DNA of 63,530 nucleotides, counting the filler. It is 10 parts of 10 records of this genome, joined end to end, with 100 filler letters (N's around TTAATTAATTAA, not from the genome) between each part and the next. Parts side by side here need not be neighbours in the genome. Positions count along the whole stretch, not along the records: positions 24,834 to 32,547 come from SRR7504441_3325; positions 32,648 to 36,258 come from SRR7504441_3328; positions 36,359 to 45,259 come from SRR7504441_3332; 7 more parts are not named here. The stretch is one strand, 5' to 3'. The notes beneath the pieces were generated by a model, which saw only the letters and a program-made list of their open reading frames with translations, did not search any database and had not been told where the DNA came from. Positions 32,394 to 44,469 of the stretch are shown here, in pieces (positions within the stretch are counted from its first letter, which is position 1; each line of letters opens with the position of its first letter). Made by a program: the position numbers and the translations under genes.

Positions 32394-32767
32394 TCCGCGT
32401 TGATGGTGTATAGGTACGTTATAAGGTTGATGTAAAAAGTGCACGCGTATAGGTACATGTAACTGGTTTCAGTGTCCGACATTGGCTTGGCGTACTTGAG
32501 TAATCAAAATTAATATAAATCAAATAAGCCATAGTTTTGAGCCATGCNNNNNNNNNNNNNNNNNNNNNNNNNNNNNNNNNNNNNNNNNNNNTTAATTAAT
32601 TAANNNNNNNNNNNNNNNNNNNNNNNNNNNNNNNNNNNNNNNNNNNNTCGCACGCTTACGTAATTTATTTTGTTAGACATGTACGTAAGGTTAATGGAGG
32701 TATAATGGAGGTACATGTACATTGATAAATTTACCATTGATTAATTTGATTTACAATAAATTGATTA

Positions 32768-35400
32768 CTAGCGTGCAGGAGACATCAACCGGGTCCGATC
32801 TTCAAGATCTGACGTGGCTCTATCAATGGCTCTGTCAAGGCGCTCCAGCGTTGGTTCAACCTTAGTGCTTGACCACGGTGCAGCTTGACTGCCAGTGATT
32901 GCATCTACACTGGCGCTACTTAGTGATGACAGCATCGCATCGATTTGAGCGGTGGGTTCCGCTAGCCCAGAGTGCTGATACAGCGTGGAGCCTGCAGCCC
33001 CCTGCAGCTGCGCCCATTCCGACCGATCTATTACGCCATCCTTGTTCTGGTCGGCTGCATCGAAGCTCGGGAACGGCTGCATACTGTGGCTGGCAGATCT
33101 AGATGGAGTTGTGTAGAGCTCTGCCACGGCTTCGCTTGCACTCCGAGCCGTGAGTTCTCTGCTAGCAGTGAGTGCCCTGCCAACATTGCGCAGTCAGGCC
33201 ATAGCGCTGGCGCGCTCAGGATGGCACCTAATGTCCTCCTCCTGCTTTTTAATCTGACTTTTCAGGCCCGAGACCTCGTCGAAAGCACCGCTCGTGTGAG
33301 ACCAGAGCTGCTGCAACCGACTGCATTCACCCGCTAGCGCAGTGTTGTGAGAGGACTGGATCCAAAGTCAGTGTGAACCCGCAGTGGCGCACCATCTGCC
33401 CGATGTGCATCTGCTGCTGGTGCCTTGCCGCCTCTAGTGATGCGATTATCTGTTCTTGCTGTGAAATCTGCCGTCCGAACTGATCACTGGCTTGACTAGA
33501 CTCAGTCACGCCAGCAGTTCAGACGGTAGACCACGCAGCACAAACGCGCACCTTCTGAGCGAAGGCGTGCTCCAGCGCTTGGTACTGTTCGCTGGGTTCA
33601 CCCGTACTTCCTGCCTGAACATCGGCCAGCGCCAAGCGAGGGCGGCTACCGGACAAGCGCGCCTTGTGCCACTCTTCCATCTCGCGTCGGTTGATCACGC
33701 CGTCTTTATTGGTGTCGATCGAATCAAACAGAGAGTTGGCAGCCATCGCAGTCATGTTTGTGCTCAGTCCAAGCTTCTCTGCAGGATTGTTAGGATCAGC
33801 TGTCGGGTGCGAAACACACCAGCAGGCGAGCCTTCCCCCTGGCTGGCAGCAGCAACCGGCGGCGAGCTTGCAAGTTGCTCTCGGCGAATTGCCTGTAGCC
33901 AACGCGTGTCAAGGTGGACGAGCCAGCGGCCGTCGACCTGAAGCTGAGAATTGCTCCTAATCATGGTCGCAGCGTGCTCCTCGGCAGCTTTAGCTTTAGC
34001 GATCAGCTGCTCATTCTCGCGCCGGAGGGCTTCAGCCAGTTGCTTCTGCTGGTCAGACTCCTGCTGCTGCATCGACAGCTGCATCGTAGTGGCCTCGATC
34101 TCACTTCCCCTGTCGGTTGTGTCAGGCCAGGTGCAGCCACAACTGGTCACCTCTTCAGGTTGGCCGCTTGTAGAGTCTCAGCCTGTGCCTGCAGCTGGGC
34201 CAACTCCATCTGCCGGCAGCGTCACTCCAGCCGGCCGTGGCGCATACCTGCAGCTCGAGCATCTTTTGGGCCTGGGCCTGCTCCTTGCCCTGATTCTCCT
34301 TCAGGACATGCTGCACCACTTGGTGATGCTTATCCCCCGCCTGACCATCGCTCAGCCTGACCCGACAGGCCGACCCGCCTCCATGCTTTGCCGAGTCAGC
34401 TGTTCGATGGTGCTCTGCTGCTCGGTGCACAGGATCTGAAGGCCCCGCATCGCCTGCCCCCCATCGGCACCCCTCTCCTGCCCTGACGACACCTCCAGCT
34501 CCTCCTCCAGACTCCGTCGCACTTGACTCATCATCACCTCATGCTCGGCCGCCGCTTCGGCCCGTGCGCGCGTCACGTCCTCCGCATGGCTCTTCTCCAA
34601 CATGACTAAAGTTTCCTGTGTGTCCCTCTGCACTGCAGCCCACTGTCAGTGATGGGCCCACACAGCAGCACACCAGCCGCAATCTGGGCCTGCGCCTCTT
34701 GGTAGGTCCGACGGGCATCCATCACCGCCTGCCAGCCGCTGGTCGAGCAATCGGCGGTCGCGCACCTCGTCGAGCTCAACCACACGCAGGTCGCGCTGCT
34801 GAATCGCATCGACAGCTTGCGCCAGCTCAGCCTGACCAGGGTTCTCGGCCAGAACAGCCGGTCGGCACCTCGCACGCGAGGAGTCGCTGCTGCAGGCCCT
34901 CGGCCTGCTGCTGCAGCGCGAGCTGCTGTTGCTGCAGCAACGCGTTCTGCTGATCCTTTTGTGTGATGACCTGGCCAGCGCTGCCTGGAGCCAACGCCTG
35001 CGCGCACCATGTCTGCCGCCTTCAACGCTTTCAGGTTCTCCGCGAGCGCAGTGGTGGCCCGCTGCCGCCCCCATCAGACCGGCGGGCCACCCGACAGACG
35101 CCTGTTGCTGCGCGTCGGCCTGTCGAGATTTCTCAGGGTCGACGCAGGCGCTCTCCAACGATTCCACCTGATACCACTGACCGAGACCGGGGCGAGGAGC
35201 CAGCTCACCTGCTGCTGTGACGCTAACAGCTGCTCGCGCAGCGCGGTGACCTCGCGTAGGAGCGTGTTTCGCTCGCCCTGCAGCATCGCGTTCTGCGGTG
35301 CAGTGAGTGGGGCGCCCGAAGGCGGCCGGACCCGGGAGAGCAGGTCTACGGTGTTGTCCACGCTGTACGAGCTGGGCGACGGGGACACGGAGCCAAACAT
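32768..35400 (-). CDS. Large coiled-coil protein with two isolated EF-hands, many introns
   Basis: FDSIDTNKDGVINRRE and FDAADQNKDGVIDRSEW; Q/E-rich exons separated by ~40-nt introns. Confidence 0.55.
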
Positions 35401-35865
35401 CCTATCTATAGCCAAGCCGTGATCACACGGCCCTACGCTGCCGGCAAGGCGCAGGCTGTTTCATCCAGGCTCTTTCATTGTTTCACGTGTCGTTTGGATT
35501 CATAGATCAGCAGCATCAGTCTGCTCATATTGAGGTGTCGCAACTACATGTACCGGTAATTACTTGCAAACCTTACAAATTGCGATCGGCCCCGGGCGGG
35601 GTTACGCTCTAGACGCGTGGGGCCCATCAATTAAATTGGTTTGGCTAAAGTTGCATTTAATCAGAATCGAGACCGGGCCAAAGCTCGTTATACGTATGAC
35701 CCACTCCCCCTCTCATCATCAACTCAGCACAACACAATGCTAGTGCAAGTAATCAATACGTATACTAATCACATTGCACAAGCTTGGATCGTATCACTTG
35801 CTCTCTTTGAGCACCTCGTGCTCTTGAAATATCTTGAAATGTCGAAATACTGCTCATGGCTTTGG

Positions 35866-36258
35866 CTAACCTTCCCGCTCAGGGTTTCCGTACAGCAGCG
35901 GTTGGCACTGGCGGAAGTGGGTCAGGCCGTTCAAAGTGTGATCCTCGGAACGGTAGAACCCGGCGATGAATTTTCCCTGGTCCACCAGCGCCGACTGGGT
36001 CTCACGGATCTCCTGATTGGTGTATTCGTCCTTCTGAATGAGCGGGGGCCCACCTTCTTTGCCCTTGAAGCCAGCACCAACGACCGGTTTCCACTGGCAG
36101 ACGTTCCACATCGAGCGCGTGATTTGGCAGCACTTGGCCATCTCAATGCAGTAGAGCGAGTTGCAGTGGCTGCGGAACAGGCCAGAAACGAAGAATCCAC
36201 GACGGCAGAACTTGCCACCCTTGTAGTCAAACTTCTTCCACCAATTCTCGTGGTAGCA
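35866..36258 (-). CDS. 3' end of a Cys/Trp-rich extracellular-type domain protein, 5'-partial
   Basis: Open frame from the contig edge: CYHENWWKKFDYKGGKFCRRGFFVSGLFRSHCNSLYCIEMAKCC...FIAGFYRS. Confidence 0.65.
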   Translation of the reverse strand, partial: CYHENWWKKFDYKGGKFCRRGFFVSGLFRSHCNSLYCIEMAKCCQITRSMWNVCQWKPVVGAGFKGKEGGPPLIQKDEYTNQEIRETQSALVDQGKFIAGFYRSEDHTLNGLTHFRQCQPLLYGNPEREG

Positions 36259-36358
36259 NNNNNNNNNNNNNNNNNNNNNNNNNNNNNNNNNNNNNNNNNN
36301 NNTTAATTAATTAANNNNNNNNNNNNNNNNNNNNNNNNNNNNNNNNNNNNNNNNNNNN

Positions 36359-36613
36359 AACATGGGAGAGTATACCTACCAGAATGGGGGCGACTGGGCC
36401 TGGTTTGGCGGACGGATGGTCTCAGGGCTAGTGAGGTACGGGCTTGTGGCAGAGGCGGTTGCGGCGCTCAAGCCGATGGTGGACCGCGTGGTGCTGCATG
36501 GGTTCAACGAGTGGTGGGATAAGAACAACCGGCCGCAGGGCTCCAATGCGTTCCACGGCGCGGCCGGTGTTCTGGGGACGGCGATTCTGGACGTACTCAA
36601 CGCCACAAGATAG
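36359..36613 (+). CDS. 3' end of a six-hairpin glycosidase-like protein (amylo-alpha-1,6-glucosidase-like), 5'-partial
   Basis: YQNGGDWAWFGGR, GFNEWW, GSNAFHGAAG. Confidence 0.6.
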   Translation, partial: NMGEYTYQNGGDWAWFGGRMVSGLVRYGLVAEAVAALKPMVDRVVLHGFNEWWDKNNRPQGSNAFHGAAGVLGTAILDVLNATR

Positions 36614-36762
36614 TCTTTGCTTGTAACCGGCGTAGTCTTATCGTGTTGTAATCATAATCGTAAGCTCACAACCATGTACAAAAGTCTAACAAAAGTCTAC
36701 ATGTACACGTAACCGTGAAAAGTCAATGTATCATCATCATGAATTGTAAATGTGTTTGATAA

Positions 36763-38033
36763 TCAGATCTTACTCTGCCAAAGCGCAATCGGCTGTTTGA
36801 GCGGCACCGCCAGCACGTGTCCACACAAGGACGAGTCGCCGCCACACACCGCGTTGAATAAGTGAGTCGCAAAGCCGTCTTCAAACAGCATCTTGGGCTC
36901 TTCCCGGCGGCCCATCTTCAGCTGACTGCCATCCTCAAACTGTACAATCATGCTGTACGCCGGCGTCTCGCTGAGCGACCAGTGCAGCCCGTCCGGCGAG
37001 AAAGCTGGAAGTAAACCGGTGAGCTGAGCCAGCAGCAGGGCACACCGTGGGCGCCGACGAAATCATTCGAGAATTGGTTATGGAGCAGCATGTGATACGA
37101 GCCGGTTCGGACTCTGAAGATGAACGGGTCCTCCAGGCACGCAAAGCTGCCCACCGGCAGCCTGCTGATGTCCCGAACCTTACCAGAGGCGTTCCAGCCG
37201 TCGAGAAGGTCGCTGTGGCAGATGGTGTCGTCGCAGTATTGCCGGCGACACCCGCTGGGGAAAATGGACGAGCCGACAGCTAGAACTCGTTCGTATGGCC
37301 CGTCCCACCTTGGGGCGGTCGCTATCGGCAGCACCTCGTCGTGTCGCCCGCGGAAAGCAAACAACAGAGTGCCGTTGTCCTCCTGCCACACAGCTGGATT
37401 CGCCAGCGCATCTCCCTCTGCGTTGATCGGGCGCTGTGAGGCTAGAATCGGTTCCTGCATGCGCACAAACGGCCCGTCCGGACTGGAGGCGTGCGCCACG
37501 CCGAGGCTCGAATTGGCCGAGTCCTCACAGTCGCCGGAAGTGTACGGCGCTGAGCAAGTAATCCCGACGTAATAGAGCGCTACGGAGCCGTCGCGCAGCA
37601 CCAGCGCCACCGGGTTTTGCACCGCGTTGCCATCAAACAGGTCGGCCGACCGGTTGCCCAAAACAGTCTCCTGCTCCTGGTATGGCCCGGCCGGGGTCCG
37701 GGAGGTGGCCCGCACTATCACCGAGCTGTTAGGCCAGCTGTCCACGGTACCCCACCGGTTGACTGAGGCGTACATGTGGTAGCTGCCGTCCTTGGCCTTG
37801 ATCGGGCTCCCGCCCCAGCTGGTCCTGTTGCCGGACGGACGGAACCCGCCTCCGATCGGCGCAGCCCCGAGGTCGAGCCGGCCGCAGTCGGGCGGCAGGA
37901 AGCCCGGGAAGCACCTGCATCGGGAGCCGGCGCACCGGCCTGCGAGGGAGCAGTCCTGGTCGGTGTGACACCCCGCCCCGCTCGCCAGCGCGAGGTTGAC
38001 GGCGGTCGCGACCAGCCGGAACACTCCAGACAT
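36763..38033 (-). CDS. Secreted EGF + five-bladed beta-propeller glycoside hydrolase-like (GH43/clan F-like) protein, 1 intron
   Basis: Signal peptide; CHTDQDCSLAGRC..CRCFPGF..C; SWGGS, NP, EDPF, REEPK motifs. Confidence 0.7.
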
Positions 38034-38137
38034 GGCGAGCAACGGTAACCTGCGCGCAAGCCGCTGCCTGGCGCTCTGCCAACTGGGCACTCCCCGGCTG
38101 CACCGTGTCCTGTAAAATTCCGTTGTAAACTGCGCCA

Positions 38138-39130
38138 ATGCCGCTCCCACAGTTCGACCCTTTCGCCAAGCGCGGGCGGAGGCGTGGGGCACCGGCTGCA
38201 GCCGAGGAGGAGCCGCCAGCGCCGCCGTCGGCCGTCCCAGCCTGGGAATATGCCGGACCAGCTCAAGGCTGGATCCCGGCTCGGTGTGGCCCACCCGCCC
38301 GCCTGGCGGTGACCACACTGAGGGCCTGCCAATACAACTGTTGGTACGACGGCCCAGCGCAACAGACCCGCAACCGCTGCCTGATAGATCTGATCACGGC
38401 GCACGAGCCGCACCTGGTTGCACTGGAGGAGGTGAACCCGGCCACCCTGAGCCAGATCCTCGGGGACCAACGGATCCAGCAACGGTACTTGAGCAGCGAC
38501 AGCACCGGCGACACCTTCGCACAGATTTACGGGGTTGTGGTGCTGGTGGACAAGTTGGTGGCCAGTGGCGTCGCGTTCGAGGTTGTGCCGATGCCAGGGA
38601 GCATGAAGCGCAGCATGGTGTACACATCATTTGTGCTCAATGATGCTGTGCCAGTCAGATTTGGGGCGGTGCATCTGGAGAGCCCGACGGGGGGGATGAG
38701 TGATCTGCGGAGCATCCACGATCAGCAGCTCGAGTATGTGCTGCCCATCCTGAGCAAATGCCCCAATGCGTTCCTTGCGGGTGACTTCAATTTCAACGCC
38801 GGCGAGCCTGTGCACTGGGAGAGGAGGCAGATTACGCAGTGCGAATACGTCGATCTATGGCCGGCGATCCATCCAGACCTGCCCGGGCACACACTGCCGG
38901 AGGATGTGCGGCACCCTGCCACTAGAATCGACCATGTGATCATGAACTCAGCGATCATGCGGCCACACGAAGCGTGCATCTTGGGTGATGTGCCGATTGG
39001 CGAGCACAAGGGCAAGGACTTGTTCCCGTCAGACCACTTTGGAGTCTGTGTTTCGGTGCGGCTGGACATGGTAGAGGCTTCTCTCGATCAAGACTTGAAT
39101 CGCATAGCATCCACTTTTAACGATTGTTAG
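38138..39130 (+). CDS. TDP2-like exonuclease/endonuclease/phosphatase, intronless
   Basis: YN, LEEV, MKR, HLES, AGDFN, RID, PSDHFG. Confidence 0.8.
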   Translation: MPLPQFDPFAKRGRRRGAPAAAEEEPPAPPSAVPAWEYAGPAQGWIPARCGPPARLAVTTLRACQYNCWYDGPAQQTRNRCLIDLITAHEPHLVALEEVNPATLSQILGDQRIQQRYLSSDSTGDTFAQIYGVVVLVDKLVASGVAFEVVPMPGSMKRSMVYTSFVLNDAVPVRFGAVHLESPTGGMSDLRSIHDQQLEYVLPILSKCPNAFLAGDFNFNAGEPVHWERRQITQCEYVDLWPAIHPDLPGHTLPEDVRHPATRIDHVIMNSAIMRPHEACILGDVPIGEHKGKDLFPSDHFGVCVSVRLDMVEASLDQDLNRIASTFNDC

Positions 39131-39298
39131 CCACAAATACTTAACAAATTATACTATCTAGATCTGATTGGTACATACGGCACACTAGCACTCATGAATT
39201 GTACATGTATTCATGGACTTTACTCAAGCTGACTAATCATGGGTAAATCATGAGTGTCTACAATACTAAATACGAACTCGTAACTGCTTCTACGTAGT

Positions 39299-42200
39299 CT
39301 ACATGGCTTGCACGACATGTTGCTGCTGTTTTAGAGAGTTGAACTCCTTCAAGAGGCTACTGAGCTCGTGGCGGAAGGTTCGGACCTCCTCGTTCTTACG
39401 AGCGATGATCTCTTCGTATTGCGTCTGCGTCAATCTCGAAATCTCATTGGCCTCATTCGCAAGTTGCAGCCTGCATCACACAAGACACTCAGTCCACTGG
39501 TGGTAACCAGACACTCACCGCTGAAGCTTGTTTTCTTGCTTCTTGTGACGAAGCTCCATTGCCTCTACTTGAGATTGCAAAGCTGAGACCTGCAGTCAAC
39601 AAGCTGAGAACCACCTCTCATGCCACCCAACACCTCGGATGTCGCGGTCGTATCAGTCGGTGACTCCACGAAGATCGACTTTCGTGCCCTCTCGGCGTCC
39701 TGGTTCCGGAGCGTGTGTACAGTCGCAGGTTTGGTAGGTGCGGCCGGCGGCTCGGATTGAGCTGCTTCTTTTGGCACCAAACTATTCGTGAGTTTGGTCA
39801 GGTTGATTGTGTTGGTCAGATGTTGGATCTCGACGGCATGTCGGTCGGCCATCCTCTGCAGCTCAGCATTCATGTCTTTTGAGATCCTCTGCTGCTTATC
39901 GGAGCTAGCGGCCTCAAGCGCCGCCACCTCCTCCCGGTGCTGTCGTCGCAGCACTTGCATCTGCGCCCTCGTCTGCTCCGCCTCCGCCTCCGCCTTCAGC
40001 ATAGATTGTCTATATCTCTCTTTGTCAGCTTCTATTTCCCGGCGCAATGATAAGTCTGCGGTGGTGGAGAGCGTATGGTGTGCGGCTGCCTGCTGCAGGC
40101 CGCCTGCCAAATCCTGCTCGAGCTTCTGAATCTTCATCCTTGCCTGAACAAGCTGCTCGCCCAGGCCAGCATCTGATGCACTGCCTTGAGTGCCCTCCCC
40201 CGGCCCCTGGCGCTCCTTTTGCTGCTCCTCGAGCTCTTGCACCCGCTGGGCCAGTCGGGCCGAGCTCTCACGGGCCGCGTGCAGCTGCTCCTCGAGCTGG
40301 ATCCGGCCCGTGCCTGCAGCCTCCCTTTCGGCCTGCCCCTCCAAGATTTCAATCCTATTCTCGTACTCTCCCTTCATCCGCTCGTACTGCTGTCTCAAGC
40401 CGCGCATCGCCCGGTCGTGAGCCTCGTTGGCAGCCTGCAGGTGATCTTGAGCTTGCGCGAGCTCGCCCTTTAGGCTCTTGACTATCTTGGCCTCGGCTTC
40501 TGACGGTTTGACAGCCTGGATGAGCGACGCAATCGATTTAGGGTTCTTCTTGAGAGCAGCATCCAGGTTCTGGCACCGGGCCTCAAGCTCCTTGATCCGC
40601 TTCAAATCGGCAGCTCGTGACGCCTTGAGCATCTTTCCACCCTTACCGCCATTTTTGTCCTGATAGGTCACCACCATGTTGTCAGCCGCAGTTGCCAGCT
40701 TCTTCTTCAGCATCTCAATCAGGCCGCTTTGCTCGCGCAGCTTATCCTCATTGTCTGTTATCAGCTGTTGGTTCTGTCGGAACCAGTCCACCTTGCCCTG
40801 CGCTTCTCTCAGCCGACTCTCGTAATTCCGCTCCATCAGCTCCATCTGCTGCCTCAGCTCAAGAGCCTCTCTCTTGTAGGCTTGCTCTTTACTCGGAGAG
40901 TGACTAGGCTCGTCATCCAGCGAGGGCCGAGCCACCTCGGGGTCCGTCGGTCCAGCCGACTCCCTCGCCAGCTTCTGTGCGGCTGCTGCCTGCTCCCTGG
41001 CCTGCTGCAGCTGCAGTCGGGCCACTGAAGCCTGGTCCCTGGCCTGCTGCAGCTGCTGCTCCAGCTGCTCGACCCGCTCCACGTCGGGCGCGCTCGGCTG
41101 GCTGATCTGCTGCTGCAGCTGCTTGACTTGCTCCATCAGCCGCTTGTTCTGCTCCTGATACTCGAGCATGATCGACTCCTGAGTGCTCATCTCGCTTTTA
41201 AGCCGACGCAGCTCGCCCGGTGATACGGCCGATACCTTACCATGCAGCATGCGGTCTCTCAGCGAGCCTGTGGGCGAGCTGCCATGGGATCGCGGCACTG
41301 TCGGCGAGGCCCCGCGCGACTTGTGCGTGAACGGCGTGCTCGCCTTGGACCGGGGTATTCTAGTGGGCGAACCGCTGTGCCGTGCCGACATCGGGGTGGA
41401 CAGGACATAGGGCGTGTAAGCGCCGGACTGTGGTGGTTGTGGGGTGACGGGGACGGGTGTGATGGACTCCGCCACCGGCTTGCTCCGTTTGGGCGAGGTT
41501 CGGTGTTTCTTCTTGAGAGAATTTAGCGCAGTTGCCATCGTTTCTGGTGGCGTGGTGCTGCGCAGCGCCGCGATCGGATGCTCAGACATCTCAGGCTTCA
41601 TCAGCGGCGTCCCCCCGATCCGATCCGGGCTCGTGCGCGGTCTAGCTGCCGACTCGAGCAAGCCTGCCTTCCTCCGCGACCTGAACAGGGCACTCAAGCC
41701 AGCTAGGGCTGGGCTGGGCACTTTTCTGCCGACTCTAGGAAGCTCCGCTGCACAAAGTCGCCCAGGTGCTTGTACTGCTCCCAGAGCAGCGCTGTGCTCG
41801 GCGAGGCGCATGGCGTGCCCGGAGCCTCGCTGCTCGGCCTGTCCCATGGTCAGCCTGCTCACACCCGGAGCCTCACTCTTGCTGATTGAGTCGCGGCGGC
41901 GTGCAGACCGCAACCTGCTCGGGCCCAGCACCAGATGGTGACCAGTGCGCGGCCGCCGAGCTGCGCGACGGCGGCGTGGACGGGGGCGAGCCGTCTGTAG
42001 AGGTGAACTGGCCAGGGAAGGGCGTCTGGTTGATGGAGCAAGAGGCGGCGCCCGGCTCAAAGTTGGCGCGCGACTCAGCGTTGAGTACAGCCACAAACGA
42101 AAGCGAGCTCTCTTCGGGTTGTGCCACCGGCTGGGCCGCAGCTGGCGGGCTGGCCTGTGCTGCCATGTCGAGCACCGCCCGGAACGCCCCACCGGACAGC

Positions 42201-43117
42201 TCACTCTCAACCTGGTCCGCTGCAGCCGCGCCGACCGGCTCGGCGGGCAGGCCTGCGCAGTCACCAGCGCAGGAGCCGGCGGCCGGCTCCAGCGCTGGTG
42301 ACAGCCAGACTGCCGGAGCCGAGTCGGCATCAATGTGCTCTGATATCTCCGAGTCGGCCTGCAGCCCAGCTGGCTGCTGCTTACCGCCAGAGCTTCGCAT
42401 CTCGACTGGCGCGAGAGCGAACGAGCCCTGGAGCGCTGACTGGTCGGAAAGACCGATCGGCGGCCCGGAGCAGATGGGCTGCCCAGCGTGCAGGGTGACG
42501 GCGGCCGGGTCAGCTGGCCTGCTGTGCTCCTCCATGTCCGTGAAGCAACTGTCCACAGAGTCCTGCTCGATCTCCGAGGTCGCAGTGGTGTCCAGCGTCG
42601 AAGCGATCGTCGACATGAATGTGTCGTTCAGCGCAGCCGCCGCCGCCTCGCTGCGCGCCGCTCAGCCGGGTGGACCGGCCGGCCGCGCACCTGGCCTGCT
42701 GCTTGGGCCCGGGCTGCTCGTTCGCGAGTCCAGCCCCGGGCTCGCCGGCAGTCTCGGGCCTTTCCTGGAAGAACTGCTGCTTCTCCTGCTGTAGGTGAGC
42801 GGCCGGTTCGAGCGGCCGGGGCGGCTCACCTGCTCCTCGGCCTCCGAGTCCGTGTCTAGGTCGCAGCTGGCCAGCATCGCCAGCCCCGAAGTCTGGAGCG
42901 CCGAGTCGCCTGCGCCGCCTGACGGCCGCGGCTCGGAGGCTGCACCGTCCGAACTGGGCGACTCGAGCGCCCGGATGTGCTGCGAGGCCCGCACCAGCTC
43001 CGAGCCGCCCACCAGCGGCAGCTGCGGCTCGCCGGCGGCCGGCTGACTCGGCTCGATTGTCGGGGCTGCCAGGACTGGCGGCGCCTGATCGATCAGGACC
43101 GGTAGCTTGAGCGCCAT
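39299..43117 (-). CDS. CEP162: CEP162-like centriolar protein, spliced
   Basis: KVDWFRQNQQLI, DLKRIKELE..KKNPKSIASLIQA, LRQQYERMKGEYENRI, and C-terminal RKNEEVRTFRHELSSLL match CEP162 conserved blocks as I recall them. Confidence 0.75.
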
Positions 43118-43256
43118 CGTAAAGACACCGCTCGCCCTGCTCTTGCAGACACCCACACCTGCCGCTGTTCGTAATTTGAGTTTCAACGGACACCCACCAG
43201 GCCAAGGAGGAGGCCGAGAAGATCGAGCAGGAGGCCAAGGAGAAGGCTTGGAAGCA

Positions 43257-44469
43257 ATGTACGGGGCAGTGGACCACCAGAGGCCGCCGGGCCGTGTGTA
43301 CATTGGCGCCAATGGAGAGATCATGCCGGCTAGTCCGCACGTGGCCCAGCCGGCCATCCCGCTCGACGACTACCAGTCCGGCGTGTACCGCGCGGTGCCG
43401 GTGGCCGAGCCGGGTGGTGACGAGTGGGACTTCCGGGGGATTTGCTGCCAGATCTGGTGCCCGTGCTGCCCCGGTCAGCTTCCGGTTAGCCCGTGCTCAG
43501 TGTGCTGGCACAGGCGACCCGCACACCCGTCGGTTCTGGGCAAATGCGGCCCACAGCTGGTTTGGCACCTGCGTCGGCTTGACCGCGCTGGCTCAGCTGG
43601 GTCTCTATGTAGCAATGGTCTCCCAGAGCGGGCAGTCGCAGCAGCCGAGCTCGGTGCTGCTCAGATTTGGGGCGGTTCATGCGGGGTGCGTGGCAGGGCA
43701 GGCTAGGGGGAGCCGGGGGCAGGATCGGACTGGATAGGGAATTGTACCGCTGCTTCACTAGCTGCCTCTTGTGCGACCAGCTGTTCAACCTGGCCGCTAG
43801 CGTGTTCATGATCATGCAGTTTGGATACTCGATGGAGGTCTGTGCCAAGTGGGGTTCGGTCACTATCGCGGTCGTGTTATACTCATCCGCATTTTGCTCC
43901 TCACTGCTGGCTAGCCTACTGCTCCCGGCTGGCGCGGTGATGACAAGCGCCGTCAACATGATAGCTGGGCTGCTCGGCGCCCGAGTGGCGTGGGTGTTCA
44001 CCAACTGGCATCTTCCCGCTCACGATCCTCGCTTCCGTGTGCCGAATCCTGGCCCGGCCGGCGTCTTGTGGCCGGCCTGCTGCCCAGAAACAGGCGCGAG
44101 GGTACTGTCCTCGACGGAGAAGAACGCGGAGGTGTGCCAGTACTTTCTGATAGGGGCGCTGTGCATTCTACCAGCCTTGGCGCAGCCGTCATTTGTCGTC
44201 TTCATTCCGGTCTAACGATCTGCTGGCTTGGCCTCACACTGTTGTGGCAGATTATTGCAGTTTTGTCGGGGTTTTTGATTGGTGGGGCGGTCTTCATGTA
44301 CAGACTTCGCAAGGTCGATGGTTGAATGTACCCTAATGACACGTGTTTGCAGGTGCATACGGATGTCTACGATGTCACATTCTGGCGATACAACCCAGAA
44401 TGTTTCGCACTTGCCTTCGTTATGCTTGTGGTTCTACTCTTGTTCGAAATATGGAAGCAAACCGCATGA
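43257..44469 (+). CDS. Rhomboid-superfamily membrane protein, probably a pseudoprotease, spliced
   Basis: RFGA..ELYRCFTSCLL..FGYSME..WG; multiple TM helices; TSAVNMIAGLLGA in place of GxSGxxxGLLGA. Confidence 0.6.
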
